Shown here: piece by piece, positions 31,573 through 41,904 of the stretch
How the letters are laid out: the number at the start of each line of letters is the position of its first letter
How positions within the stretch are numbered: the first letter of the stretch is position 1
From: an uncultured virus (IMG/VR IMGVR_UViG_2724679570_000003)
Lineage: Duplodnaviria; Heunggongvirae; Uroviricota; Caudoviricetes
IMG/VR virus record: IMGVR_UViG_2724679570_000003
Strand: one strand, 5' to 3'
Length of the DNA stretch: 64,000 nt
Made by a program: the position numbers and the translations under genes
Notes under the pieces: generated by a model
Databases searched by the model: none
What the model was told of the DNA's origin: nothing
Seen by the model: the letters and a program-made list of their open reading frames with translations, nothing else

Positions 31573-32853
31573 ATGAATATTAGTTTTGAAGCCTTATTAG
31601 AGAAACCTTTAGAAGTGGTTTTAGGTAGAATATATTTTATTAAAGAAAACAACGAAGTAAATTTATATTTAGGTAAAAGCGATAAAACATTACAGTATAT
31701 AGGTAAGCAATTAGGTGATTCTTCAGTATTACCAACAGAGCTACAAGGGAAATCTATAATGGAAATGTTTGCTTACCTTTTTCAATATGCCAATAGAAAT
31801 AAGAACAATTTAAAAGTCTTAGTAGGAAATTCTATTGGCATAGATTATACTACTAAAACAGATGAAGAAATATCAAATGATATTATAAATAGAAAAGATT
31901 TAATTTGCAAAGCTTTATCAAATAAAGGTGTTATTGCTACAAAATCAGATGAGTTATCTGTTTATGCAGCTAAAATTAATTCTATAGTACAAAACTCTCA
32001 AATTAAAAACACTAAATTGAATATAAAAAAAGGAGAGACTAAGCAAATTGCATTAACAAATCCTACAGATATTCAAAATGTGTGTACAAGTGTATTAGAG
32101 TATAAAGCAGATCAAGATAATGTAGTTAAATATGATTGTGGGTTCAATAATGGGGATTTTACTAGCTTTGATTTTGTATCAGATATAACATTTGATGGGA
32201 AAATGAAACAAAATAATAAGATTAAAGAAGATGCTTTTATTAAAATACAAGAGAATGAAACTTTTATCGAAAGTCAATATCATATAAATAAAAGTTTATT
32301 CCATACTTTAGATAAAATTGAACCATATGAAGAAGGGGATATTGACAAGATTAAATTAACAGGTACTTATTTTCCTACTGTAGTAAAAGCTAGTGATGAT
32401 ATAAATTTAAATGGTATAAATAAAATCAACAAAATAATATGGGTAGCAAGTGATGGAGATGTTTCTAAGAATAGATTAATTTTCAGCTTAGATAGTGGAT
32501 TAACATGGAAAAGTTATGATATTAACAATAAAACTATAATAGATATCAATATAAATAATTTGTCTGAAGTAGAAAATAAAGGATTAACTATTGAGCAAGT
32601 AAATAGTTTAACAATAGAAGATTTAGATATATTAAGAGATAATAGTCCAAAGATTAGATTTGGATATTATTTAGAAAAGAATAATGCTTTTGATGATTTA
32701 TACAATGATAATTTATCTATTACAGTTGATATGAAGGGAAGAGATATTCCGAGTCTAAATTATATATGGAACTTTGATGAAGATGGAAAAACTATAAATT
32801 ATAAATTTATAGAGGATGGTACATATACAATTATCTATTGCGACAATGATTAA
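31573..32853 (+). CDS. structural/adhesion-cassette protein
   Basis: FSLDSGLTWKSY motif; precedes LamG genes. Confidence 0.6.
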   Translation: MNISFEALLEKPLEVVLGRIYFIKENNEVNLYLGKSDKTLQYIGKQLGDSSVLPTELQGKSIMEMFAYLFQYANRNKNNLKVLVGNSIGIDYTTKTDEEISNDIINRKDLICKALSNKGVIATKSDELSVYAAKINSIVQNSQIKNTKLNIKKGETKQIALTNPTDIQNVCTSVLEYKADQDNVVKYDCGFNNGDFTSFDFVSDITFDGKMKQNNKIKEDAFIKIQENETFIESQYHINKSLFHTLDKIEPYEEGDIDKIKLTGTYFPTVVKASDDINLNGINKINKIIWVASDGDVSKNRLIFSLDSGLTWKSYDINNKTIIDININNLSEVENKGLTIEQVNSLTIEDLDILRDNSPKIRFGYYLEKNNAFDDLYNDNLSITVDMKGRDIPSLNYIWNFDEDGKTINYKFIEDGTYTIIYCDND

Positions 32854-32879
32854 ACAAATGATAAAAGGGATTTGATGAT

Positions 32880-33005
32880 ATGAATAAAAGAGAATTAATT
32901 GCAAGTAAAATTATGATGATTTCTTATATATATAAAGAATGTTTAATAAGAATGGATATAGAAACTTTAAAAGAATTATATAAAAGATTAAGGAAAAGGT
33001 GGTAA
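32880..33005 (+). CDS. 41-aa hypothetical protein
   Basis: MNKRELIASK...RKRW, coupled to next gene. Confidence 0.4.
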   Translation: MNKRELIASKIMMISYIYKECLIRMDIETLKELYKRLRKRW

Positions 33006-33006
33006 A

Positions 33007-33942
33007 ATGATAAAAAAATATATACCTATAAAGGATTATAGTAATAATTTGGTAGCACAATATAAATTTGAAGAAACAAGTGGTGTAACTTGTATAGATA
33101 GTAGTGGTAAAGGTAACAATGGTATTTATGTTGGTACAACGAGTGTTACAGGAGAAAATGGAAATGCTAGAAGTTTTAATAATTTTTTATCGTCTACTTC
33201 TGCAATTGATTATATCAACTTTAATAATTCTATAATCCCTACTGGAAGGAAAACAATTAAATTTAAAATTAAATTTAAAGACAATATTGAATATGCTCCA
33301 ATATTAGGAAATTTATCTAGTAGTGGAGGGGTGTATGACAAGGGGTTGGGGTTTTTTATTGATTCAAATAAAATTAACGTTATGGTTAGAGATGGATCTC
33401 CCTCTTGTTTTAACTTTACATCTTCAAACCCAATAAATGATGGATTATATCATCAAGTAATGTTTACTTGGGATGGTACAAATGATAATGATACAATAAA
33501 ATTATTCATAGACGACATGATAAATCCTAATATTACAACCACAATACAACAAAATGAACCGATATATTCTCAAAATTTTATAATTGGAACAAGACCAGTG
33601 AAATCATATGGGTTTAAAGGCGAATTAGATGAGATAGAAATATATAATGAAGTTGTAGAATTTGCTGATAAAAGATATTTACTAAAACAAAACAACCATT
33701 ATTATACTATAAAATCCGACTTTTATAAAAATGGTAATTATGAATCTATTCCAGAATTAGAAGGAAAAGAAATATTAACTAAAACTGATTTTGAAACTTA
33801 TGGTATAGATGATTTAAATTTATTAACTAAAAATATCAATACTCAAGACATTAAAGGAACTGATAAGGGGAATTTGGGTAGTGGTAAGTTATTTGAAATG
33901 CCTTTTAATAATGATTTCATGAGTATAAGTGAGGTGAAATAA
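33007..33942 (+). CDS. LamG/concanavalin-like domain protein
   Basis: LVAQYKFEE..DSSG.GNNG..FKGELDEIEIYN. Confidence 0.8.
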   Translation: MIKKYIPIKDYSNNLVAQYKFEETSGVTCIDSSGKGNNGIYVGTTSVTGENGNARSFNNFLSSTSAIDYINFNNSIIPTGRKTIKFKIKFKDNIEYAPILGNLSSSGGVYDKGLGFFIDSNKINVMVRDGSPSCFNFTSSNPINDGLYHQVMFTWDGTNDNDTIKLFIDDMINPNITTTIQQNEPIYSQNFIIGTRPVKSYGFKGELDEIEIYNEVVEFADKRYLLKQNNHYYTIKSDFYKNGNYESIPELEGKEILTKTDFETYGIDDLNLLTKNINTQDIKGTDKGNLGSGKLFEMPFNNDFMSISEVK

Positions 33943-33944
33943 GC

Positions 33945-34874
33945 ATGGCTAAATATTATCCTAAGAAAGATTACTCATCAAACTTAGTAGCACAATATGA
34001 ATTTGAAGATAATGATAATATATGTAGAGATAGCAGTGGAAATGACAATAACGGTACTTATTATGGTACTACAAAAATTGTTGAAAATGGCAAAACATCT
34101 AGAAACTTTAATGGGACTAGTGATTATATACAATTTAATAAAACAATAACTCCTGCAAATGATTTAAGTATAAAGTTTGATATAAAATGTACTGATGTTG
34201 AAAGATTTAGTTTTGTATTTACAAATTCATATTCTTCAAGTGATAATGGGGTATTAATACAAATAAAAAACAATAAAATTGATTGTATTTTTCTTAATAA
34301 ATTATGCGAATCTAATAATGGACTAGTAAGTGCAAATTTAAATGAAAATACTTGGAACAGCATTTTAATTACGAAAAAAGATAAAGTTATTAAAATGTAT
34401 AAAAATAATTTAGCAATTCCAATATCAACTAGCGAAGTATTATATGATAATAATCCTTGCGAATATAATTTAAAAATAGGAGATTATAGTTATGCGCATT
34501 ATTATTATAAAGGTAATCTATCTAATTTGGAAATATATAATAAAGCTATAGAATTTACAGATAAAAAATATTTAATTCAGGATAAAAATAATGCCTTATA
34601 CACACTAAATCAAAATAATTTAGTCCAAGCTCCATCACAAATATTAGATGAAAATAATTTTAATAATAATGGATTTACAGATACCGATTTAATAACTAAA
34701 GATTTATTACTAAATAAATTTGAAAACTTAGAAGAAATTAAATTACTTGCATATACAGATAATTTAGAAAAGAATAAATGTGAAATGATTTATAATTGTA
34801 AGCCAAATGCTCCGAGAGATAAATTAAAATTAATAGGTAACGGTAAGTTTGATATATTAATGAAAGAATGTTAA
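33945..34874 (+). CDS. LamG/concanavalin-like domain protein
   Basis: LVAQYEFED..DSSGNDNNG..YKGNLSNLEIYN. Confidence 0.8.
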   Translation: MAKYYPKKDYSSNLVAQYEFEDNDNICRDSSGNDNNGTYYGTTKIVENGKTSRNFNGTSDYIQFNKTITPANDLSIKFDIKCTDVERFSFVFTNSYSSSDNGVLIQIKNNKIDCIFLNKLCESNNGLVSANLNENTWNSILITKKDKVIKMYKNNLAIPISTSEVLYDNNPCEYNLKIGDYSYAHYYYKGNLSNLEIYNKAIEFTDKKYLIQDKNNALYTLNQNNLVQAPSQILDENNFNNNGFTDTDLITKDLLLNKFENLEEIKLLAYTDNLEKNKCEMIYNCKPNAPRDKLKLIGNGKFDILMKEC

Positions 34875-34918
34875 AGAGAACGATATAAAATATTCATTTT
34901 AAATAAAGAGGTGGTATT

Positions 34919-35857
34919 ATGAGTAATTTAGCTTTAAAATTAAATGGGGAGACAAGTTATGCTGATATACCTAATTTTAATTTGTTAAAAAATTATACAA
35001 TAGAATTTGCTATAAAGCCATATAATTTGTCTGGTATTCAAATGATAATAAACAATGAAAATAGCTTTGCTATAGGATTTTATAATGGAAATTTAATATT
35101 TACAGATAAAATAGTATCTATGGATATAATAAAAATAAACGAGTGGAATTATATAACAGTAACATTTAATATTTATAATGAACCTACAGTTTTTATAAAT
35201 GGGAAAGAACAATCTATTTTAGGAAACGATCCTTGGACGTATTTAGGAAATTTTATAGGGAAAAGGAGAACTGGAAATTATTTTAATGGAGAAATTGATG
35301 AAATTAGAATTTGGAATAAAATTATAAGTAAAGATAGGATGTTGGCATATAAACAAAAAGGTAATGTTATTAAAGGTACAGAAGATGGATTAATTGCTTA
35401 TTATATTTTTAATAATAAAATTCTAGATAAAATAATAAATTTAGTAAATAATAGTGAAACAAATATGTATAATTGTGAATATTCCAATGGGACTATAATA
35501 AATATAATTAAATATCTAATCAATCAAAATAATAATTATTATTTAATTAATTCAAATTTCCTTAATCTTGGACAACCTACAGATAATACTCAATTAGAGA
35601 ATTGGTACAATAAATATGGTTCAGAAAATATAAATATCATAACTCAAAATCTAAACAATAAAGTATTCCCTATGAATAAGAATGAAAGTGGAATATGGAA
35701 AACTGATTTTGAATTAGATATGAATGACGTTACAGATAATATTGATCTAGTTGATATAGACGAGAATAATAAATCTATTAAATATAATTGCAATGATTAT
35801 AGAATAATAGATTTATGTGATAATGAATTTGATATTATGCAGTATAAGAAAAAATAG
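34919..35857 (+). CDS. LamG/concanavalin-like domain protein
   Basis: WNYITVTF..FNGEIDEIRIWN. Confidence 0.8.
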   Translation: MSNLALKLNGETSYADIPNFNLLKNYTIEFAIKPYNLSGIQMIINNENSFAIGFYNGNLIFTDKIVSMDIIKINEWNYITVTFNIYNEPTVFINGKEQSILGNDPWTYLGNFIGKRRTGNYFNGEIDEIRIWNKIISKDRMLAYKQKGNVIKGTEDGLIAYYIFNNKILDKIINLVNNSETNMYNCEYSNGTIINIIKYLINQNNNYYLINSNFLNLGQPTDNTQLENWYNKYGSENINIITQNLNNKVFPMNKNESGIWKTDFELDMNDVTDNIDLVDIDENNKSIKYNCNDYRIIDLCDNEFDIMQYKKK

Positions 35858-36332
35858 AGAAGGCTTATAGCCCCCTCTATTAAAGATAGCTAGTATTTGA
35901 TAATGTTATTCATATACTAGCATAAGTTTAAAAATATGTAAACCTCTTTTATTTTGTTTAAGTTGGCTGTAGAATTTTATTGGTGTACAAATATCTGTTT
36001 AATAAAATTCTACAGCCATAAATTTCACTAGAAATCGAAATAAATAATTTGATAAAAACTTTTATCAATAATTTTTATTATCAATTTATCCCCTATCTTA
36101 TTTTTAATAATAAGAATTATTGATTAATATAATCTATTAACATTAAGTTAAAATAATAAAATGGATTGAACAACTATTATCTAATATATTATTAATAAAT
36201 ATAAGTAATCAATATTGATTATCTATTAACTTGATTGTTATTTCATTATATAAAAATGACATAACTTTATATGATTGGTTGTAAGCCTTGATTTAACTAG
36301 TGTTAACGGCTATTTGAAGCTGTAAAATTATA

Positions 36333-36356
36333 TTCGCCAAATCTTTATTTAGCGAA
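36333..36356. other. candidate tyrosine-recombinase core site
   Basis: ttcgccaaa-tcttta-tttagcgaa: inverted arms with 6-bp spacer, upstream of recombinase. Confidence 0.5.
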
Positions 36357-36391
36357 GTTACTATATTTTTTAAGAAAAGTGGTGATAAAAA

Positions 36392-36589
36392 ATGAGATAT
36401 TACTTGTGTTTTTCATGGAAACAGAAAGAGTTTCTAAAAGAACATGATTTTAAATATGAATTTAAAGCTAGGCACATTGGAAACGGAAAAGTTTTTTACT
36501 TTTATTTTTGGAGCTATCGATTAGATTTATGTCTAAGAGAATATAGTGAGATCAAAAGAATTGAATTAGATTTAAAAAAGAGATTTTAG
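36392..36589 (+). CDS. hypothetical protein
   Basis: GGTGA RBS, ORF track. Confidence 0.6.
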   Translation: MRYYLCFSWKQKEFLKEHDFKYEFKARHIGNGKVFYFYFWSYRLDLCLREYSEIKRIELDLKKRF

Positions 36590-36648
36590 TTTGTTATTAA
36601 TAATAATAAAACAATTTGACAATTAAGTTTTACAAGGAGGCATATAAT

Positions 36649-37665
36649 ATGACTAAAGTTAAAAGAATTAAATATTTCACCAAAGAAAAATTAGATTTGA
36701 TTAGCAAAAGTAACTGGGATAAATATGAAAAATATTTAAAAAGTAATATAATCAAAAATAAAGATGTTAAAAATACTACATATAAGGTGTATAAGAATTA
36801 TATGCAACATTTTTTAGTCTATTTAGCGGAAGAATGGGATAATGTTGATCTATATAATGAAGATTTTATGGAAAATGCAATAGACATAATGGAAGGTTTT
36901 ATATTGTTCTGTCAAGATACATTAAAAAACAATAAGAAAGTAATAAATACAAAAATATCTGCGGTTTCTAGTTTTTATTTATGGAGTATGAGAAGAAGAC
37001 ACATAGAATTTCATCCATTTGATAAAAGATTAGAAAGAATGAAAGGAGCAAGAGAAGAAAAAATTATAAATGCTTATTTTTTAACAGAAGAACAAATAAA
37101 ACAAATCAATGAAGGATTAATAGAAAATAAAGGCAACAAATTTGATTTGCTAGACTTAGTGTTATGGAATGTAGCTTTAGATAGTGCTAATAGAATTGGA
37201 GCATTGAATAGGCTAACCTTATCTCAACTAGATTTGGATAATTGTTGCTTTAAAGATATTCGTGAAAAGGAAGGGTATATAGTAGATGTAAGTTTCAATG
37301 AAAATACAAAAGAACTAATCTTAAAATGGTTAGAACATAGAAAAGAACATATGGATAATCTTGAAATAGATGCTCTGTTTATATCAAGATATGATGGAAA
37401 ATACAATAAAATGACTAAAGGAACTCTACAAAGAAGAATAAAAAAGATTGGAACTATAATAGGACTAGATGATTTTCACGCACACTGTATTCGTAAAACA
37501 AAAAGTAATAGTTTGTTAGATACTGGAATAGACCCTAGCTTAGTTAGTCGATATCTCAATCATAAAGATATTTCAACAACTTTGTCATTTTATCAAAAGC
37601 CGAAATCTTCTACAGAAATTAGGGATGAGATTAAAAATCAAATTAAAAATTTATCAAGTAAATAA
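36649..37665 (+). CDS. tyrosine recombinase (XerC/D-like)
   Basis: Catalytic R (ANRIG), K, HxxR (HCIR), H (LNH), Y (SFY); AAGGAG RBS. Confidence 0.9.
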   Translation: MTKVKRIKYFTKEKLDLISKSNWDKYEKYLKSNIIKNKDVKNTTYKVYKNYMQHFLVYLAEEWDNVDLYNEDFMENAIDIMEGFILFCQDTLKNNKKVINTKISAVSSFYLWSMRRRHIEFHPFDKRLERMKGAREEKIINAYFLTEEQIKQINEGLIENKGNKFDLLDLVLWNVALDSANRIGALNRLTLSQLDLDNCCFKDIREKEGYIVDVSFNENTKELILKWLEHRKEHMDNLEIDALFISRYDGKYNKMTKGTLQRRIKKIGTIIGLDDFHAHCIRKTKSNSLLDTGIDPSLVSRYLNHKDISTTLSFYQKPKSSTEIRDEIKNQIKNLSSK

Positions 37666-37714
37666 TGATTTGAGATATATTCTTAATACATATAAACAAA
37701 AGAGGGTGAATTTG

Positions 37715-37924
37715 ATGAACAATAAGGAAATAAACATTGAGAAAAATAATCTTTCTAATACCCATATAACTAAAACTCAAGTTATGCAAATACTATACAA
37801 AGATTTGCAAGATACACATACAGAATTCCATAATACACATACTTTTGACTTTTCAAAAGGTTATATAAAAGGAAAAGAAGATACTATAAGAAAAATAAAA
37901 TTATTGTTGCAACTATTAGATTAA
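37715..37924 (+). CDS. hypothetical protein
   Basis: GAGGGTG RBS. Confidence 0.55.
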   Translation: MNNKEINIEKNNLSNTHITKTQVMQILYKDLQDTHTEFHNTHTFDFSKGYIKGKEDTIRKIKLLLQLLD

Positions 37925-37960
37925 ACAAAATAATTATATACTTAATAAAAATAAATTAAA

Positions 37961-38033
37961 TAATACCAAAACTATTAGTAAGGAAGGATACAATCAATGG
38001 GGTTGATAATACTACCTTCATAGTTTTGGTATT
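37961..38033. terminator. long hairpin at convergence of the two arms
   Basis: taataccaaaacta / tagttttggtatta. Confidence 0.6.
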
Positions 38034-38169
38034 ACAACCATATTTATTTAAATTTCTATTTAATTATATAATAATTATTTCCATATGTCAAACATTTATT
38101 CGATAGTTATTTGAAATATTTTGGAGATAATAGTCTATTAATTAGATTATTATCTCCATTTTTTTGATT

Positions 38170-38419
38170 TTATAGAACGTTATTTATTTGTTTTAGAACT
38201 ATTTTCATATTTATATTACTTTTTAAATATTCCAATCTTAATTTCTTTTCTCTAATTATATCTATAATTTTATAATACATTGCATGGTTTAAATAGTTAG
38301 TGTATATAAAAACTATATCTACATTATCAAGTATATTTATATCAAAATTAAGCATATCAGGACTTATAAATTTACAGCTTGGTAGATATTCTTTCATCTT
38401 ATTTTGCCAGTGAGGATGT
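38170..38419 (-). pseudogene. 3' remnant of DUF2325-like gene cut by tnpB element
   Basis: Frame reads (G)HPHWQNKMKEYLP..VDIVFIYTNYLNHAMYY directly after element end. Confidence 0.6.
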
Positions 38420-38612
38420 CCGTTGCATAAAACTTATAAAAAATTATAAATATATAAATTCTACATATGTCATTCGTTCCCAAATAACTTTCCTATTCAT
38501 AGAGTTCTATTTTGAATAATTACTTATTCTACTCTAGTTGGTATAACTCTCCAAGGACTTAAATTCCCGTACAACGCACGGTACATATAACATAATTTTT
38601 CATAATCACCAA
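38420..38612 (-). ncRNA. IS607-type right end / omegaRNA
   Basis: gtaccgtgcgttgtacgggaatttaag...ttttatGCAACGG terminus. Confidence 0.7.
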
Positions 38613-39749
38613 TTATGCTATTTTATAATTACCAAGATTAATTGAAGCATTTTTATCTCTATCTTCTTCTAAACCACATTCTGGGCATATATAAATTCTG
38701 TCTTTTAACTTTAAGTCTTTTTTAACATGTCCACAATTACTACAAGTCTTAGATGATGGATAAAATCTATCGGCTTGAATAAATTCAATCCTATTAAACT
38801 CACACTTATATTGCATCTGTCTAATAAATTCATAAAGACATTGTTCCGCTATTGATTTAGATAGATGCTTATTTTTCATCATTCCACTAATATTTAAATC
38901 TTCCATAACTACTCTATAAGGTCTTAATTTAACTATCATATTCGTAGCTTGATGTATGTGATTTAATCTTATATTACTAAGTCTTCTATGAATTAATTTT
39001 ATTTCTTTTTCTAACTTAATAATATTATTAGTTTTTATAAATTTATTTCCTTGTCTATTCGCTTCATATTTTCTTGATGCTTGTCTTTGTAATCTTTTTA
39101 ATCTCTTTTTTAATTTCCTAACTCTAATTGTTTTATTAATGTTTTTTATAGGTTTATCTAAACAATTAACTATTGCTAAATCTTTGACTCCTAAATCTAT
39201 ACCAATACTTAAATCTTGATTTAACTCAACTTGATTTTCGTTGTATTCATAATTAAATGTTAGATACCAATACTTCCCATCAAAATGACAATTTGGATTC
39301 ATATATTTTTTTAATATAGGGATATTATAATTAGTTTTATATTCAACCCTTCCTATTTTTTCAATACTAACCAATTGTTTATCTTTAAAAAATTTCATTC
39401 TATCATATCTAACATAAAAAGATTTTCTTGACTTTTTCTTAGACTTAAACTTAGGGTATCTTCCTGTTTTCTTAAAAAATCTATCATAAGCAGTTTTTAA
39501 GTTATCAAAAGGATGTCTTATTGCATCAGAAGAAACTTCGTTCAACCATTTATATTCTTCCTCTTTTTTTAATTTTGTAAATTCATTTCTTAATTTTCTA
39601 CATGATATAAATTTACCACCGTTTTTATAATTTTCTTCTTGTTTAGCTAATCCCCAATTATAAGCAAATCTTGCACAACCTATTGTTTTAAACATTAATA
39701 TTTCTTGTTCTTCTGTTGGAAATAACCTTATTTTTATTCCTTTAATCAA
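38613..39749 (-). CDS. tnpB: TnpB RNA-guided nuclease
   Basis: HTH_OrfB-type N-terminus, GIDLG, MEDLN, CSNC..CPEC, DRDKNAS. Confidence 0.92.
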   Translation of the reverse strand: MIKGIKIRLFPTEEQEILMFKTIGCARFAYNWGLAKQEENYKNGGKFISCRKLRNEFTKLKKEEEYKWLNEVSSDAIRHPFDNLKTAYDRFFKKTGRYPKFKSKKKSRKSFYVRYDRMKFFKDKQLVSIEKIGRVEYKTNYNIPILKKYMNPNCHFDGKYWYLTFNYEYNENQVELNQDLSIGIDLGVKDLAIVNCLDKPIKNINKTIRVRKLKKRLKRLQRQASRKYEANRQGNKFIKTNNIIKLEKEIKLIHRRLSNIRLNHIHQATNMIVKLRPYRVVMEDLNISGMMKNKHLSKSIAEQCLYEFIRQMQYKCEFNRIEFIQADRFYPSSKTCSNCGHVKKDLKLKDRIYICPECGLEEDRDKNASINLGNYKIA

Positions 39750-39778
39750 CTTTTTCTCACCTCACTCCCTGTAATTTA

Positions 39779-39807
39779 ATCTTATCAAATTATTTTATAT
39801 ATGTCAA
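39779..39807 (-). promoter_or_regulatory. promoter with TAAAATAATTT box
   Basis: TTGACA-17-TAAGAT. Confidence 0.65.
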
Positions 39808-39813
39808 ATACCT

Positions 39814-39857
39814 TTGGCAATTCATCTCGTAATTGAAGTCGTGCGATGAATTGCCAA
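39814..39857. repeat. IS605-like end hairpin / terminator
   Basis: ttggcaattcatc...gatgaattgccaa around gaagtcgtg. Confidence 0.6.
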
Positions 39858-39883
39858 GTCTTAAATATTAATATGTAATTTAT

Positions 39884-40540
39884 TTATTTCTGTTTAAAAT
39901 TTAAACATTTTTTCTCTCCTGTATCAAAATTAATTTCAACTTCTTCAATAATTCTACTTTCTAATATTTTTTTATATATAGAACAACCACCCTTTTGTCC
40001 TATTTTATTTCCTTTTTTACAATTGTTGCAATATGTATTTATAAACTTATTATAATCTTCTTCATTATCAAATATTCCTATATCTGGAGCATATTTTATT
40101 TCTAATTCTACACGAGGATTTTTTGAATCATAATAAATTTTTACATCTTTATTCATAGATATATTATCATCATTCCATATTTTTGTTTTTTTAAATTCAT
40201 CACTAAACTCTGTAATGGAATCTATTGCACATTTATACCTGTTATTTGTGTCATTTTTTATTGAAGGAAAGAACCAAGTCCAATATAAATATACGAATGA
40301 ATGATTTTCTATTGGTTTAAAATTTTGTTTATCTATTTCTTTTTTTATTAATTTAATCATATCTTTTTTAAATTTTTTAGCTTCAGCAGTTTCGTACATT
40401 GTTCCTATAGCATAATACTTTTTCTTTATAGGGTTGAATTTTAAAATACCTTTAGGTTTCATATAATCATTATTAATACTAGGTGGTATTGGTATTGTTA
40501 GTTTTAATGTGTTTGTGAATTCTTTACTAATATAAATCAC
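39884..40540 (-). CDS. RusA-like Holliday junction resolvase
   Basis: IPPSIN..DTNNRYKCAIDSI..WNDD..NPRVEL. Confidence 0.75.
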   Translation of the reverse strand: MIYISKEFTNTLKLTIPIPPSINNDYMKPKGILKFNPIKKKYYAIGTMYETAEAKKFKKDMIKLIKKEIDKQNFKPIENHSFVYLYWTWFFPSIKNDTNNRYKCAIDSITEFSDEFKKTKIWNDDNISMNKDVKIYYDSKNPRVELEIKYAPDIGIFDNEEDYNKFINTYCNNCKKGNKIGQKGGCSIYKKILESRIIEEVEINFDTGEKKCLNFKQK

Positions 40541-40561
40541 TCCTAGCCATACTTTAATAAA

Positions 40562-41137
40562 TTATTTTGCATTGTTCATTTGTTGCTCACAAATCAAATA
40601 AGAATATGGTAATGTTTCAATCCATTTACAAAATTCACGCCATTCAGGTAATCTATGATTCTTTCTTTGAGAATAGACAGTTTTTAAAGCTCTATAATTA
40701 GTTGTAAGCCTTGCGGTTAATTCAAACCCACTAGGGTTACTATATAGTAGTTTTAAATAGTCTTCTTTGTCTTGTGTTTTGTTGTATGTATCTTTTAATT
40801 CTTGCATAATATCTATCATTCTCTTATCAACATATTTATTATATTGAGTTTTTAAATCAAATTTAGCTATTCTATGCATTGTACTTTGACTAGATACAAA
40901 TTCAACAAATCTGTATCTCTCTAACTCTACCCATGCTTTATTACTAAAAGTTAAATCAAAAGCTACTCTTATACCTGTCATAAATTGGTCATGTCCTGTA
41001 CCTTTTTCACAATTAGCTAATTTTACAACAGTATTAGTTATTTCAGAACTACAATTATTTGTATCGATTGACATGGGATATTTACTTGCAGCTATACTTT
41101 CTTCCAAATCATATATTTTAACATTTTTTATTTTCAT
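40562..41137 (-). CDS. ThyX-like phage protein
   Basis: GHDQF..W.ELERYRF..SQSTMH..NYRALK..QRKNHRLPEW pattern. Confidence 0.55.
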   Translation of the reverse strand: MKIKNVKIYDLEESIAASKYPMSIDTNNCSSEITNTVVKLANCEKGTGHDQFMTGIRVAFDLTFSNKAWVELERYRFVEFVSSQSTMHRIAKFDLKTQYNKYVDKRMIDIMQELKDTYNKTQDKEDYLKLLYSNPSGFELTARLTTNYRALKTVYSQRKNHRLPEWREFCKWIETLPYSYLICEQQMNNAK

Positions 41138-41151
41138 TCTGATACCTCCAA

Positions 41152-41904
41152 TTATTTAATCTCTTCTAATTCATTTCCAAAGAAATAAGCAGTTTCGTTA
41201 CTATCAAATAATACTTTATATTTTCTATAACCATTTAGTACAACATGATTTGTATAAACTTGTCCTATTTTATCTACATGTTCTATTAAATGATGTGCTT
41301 TTTTAGGATTGTTAATTTGTTTAATCTTTACTTTGCTACCATTAGGAATGATAGGTTTATTAAATAAAATTACTTTATATATTTCGTTCACAGTATTATA
41401 TACCAATTTATTTTCAATACAATAATCCACTTCTGATTCTATATTGGAGAATAAGTTAATGTCACTGAGATATCTTCTGCATATCTCTTTACAACTAGGC
41501 TGAATTTCTCTATGTAAGCTCCTTAATAATCTTTCTTTGTCTTCTACATATATGTAAATTCCTACTACGTTTTCTTTACCTACATTCTGTATTATTTGTT
41601 TGTATCCATGTGGTTCTATAGCACATACATAGTCATTTTTAGATAAATCAAAATTATTAAATTCTTTATCAATACAATAATGCCACTCTCTGTACTGAGT
41701 ATTTTCTAATAAAGAATTGCTATTTTTTAGTTCTTCAAATTCTTTTTCTGATATATAATGATAATCTACACCTTCTTGCTCCCCTTCTCTTATTGGTCTT
41801 GTTGTTGTACTTATAATTCTTCTTTCACCTTTTTTTTCTAACATCTTTTCCACTGTAGATTTACCACTAGCTGATTTGCCTAATATACAATAAAGTTTTC
41901 CCAT
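41152..41904 (-). CDS. gmk: guanylate kinase-like protein
   Basis: GKSASGKST P-loop, STTTRPIREGEQEGVDYHY. Confidence 0.85.
   Translation of the reverse strand: MGKLYCILGKSASGKSTVEKMLEKKGERRIISTTTRPIREGEQEGVDYHYISEKEFEELKNSNSLLENTQYREWHYCIDKEFNNFDLSKNDYVCAIEPHGYKQIIQNVGKENVVGIYIYVEDKERLLRSLHREIQPSCKEICRRYLSDINLFSNIESEVDYCIENKLVYNTVNEIYKVILFNKPIIPNGSKVKIKQINNPKKAHHLIEHVDKIGQVYTNHVVLNGYRKYKVLFDSNETAYFFGNELEEIK

Noticed and set aside
2483..37406. Short minus-strand ORFs inside long plus-strand genes (e.g. 6903, 9767, 12428, 13826, 21838, 24990, 29712)
   Set aside because: Shadow frames with F/L/S/I-rich composition and no RBS
36250..38100. Prophage attL/attR boundary at the recombinase
   Set aside because: Phage-type genes continue on both sides; no tRNA or host gene junction is visible
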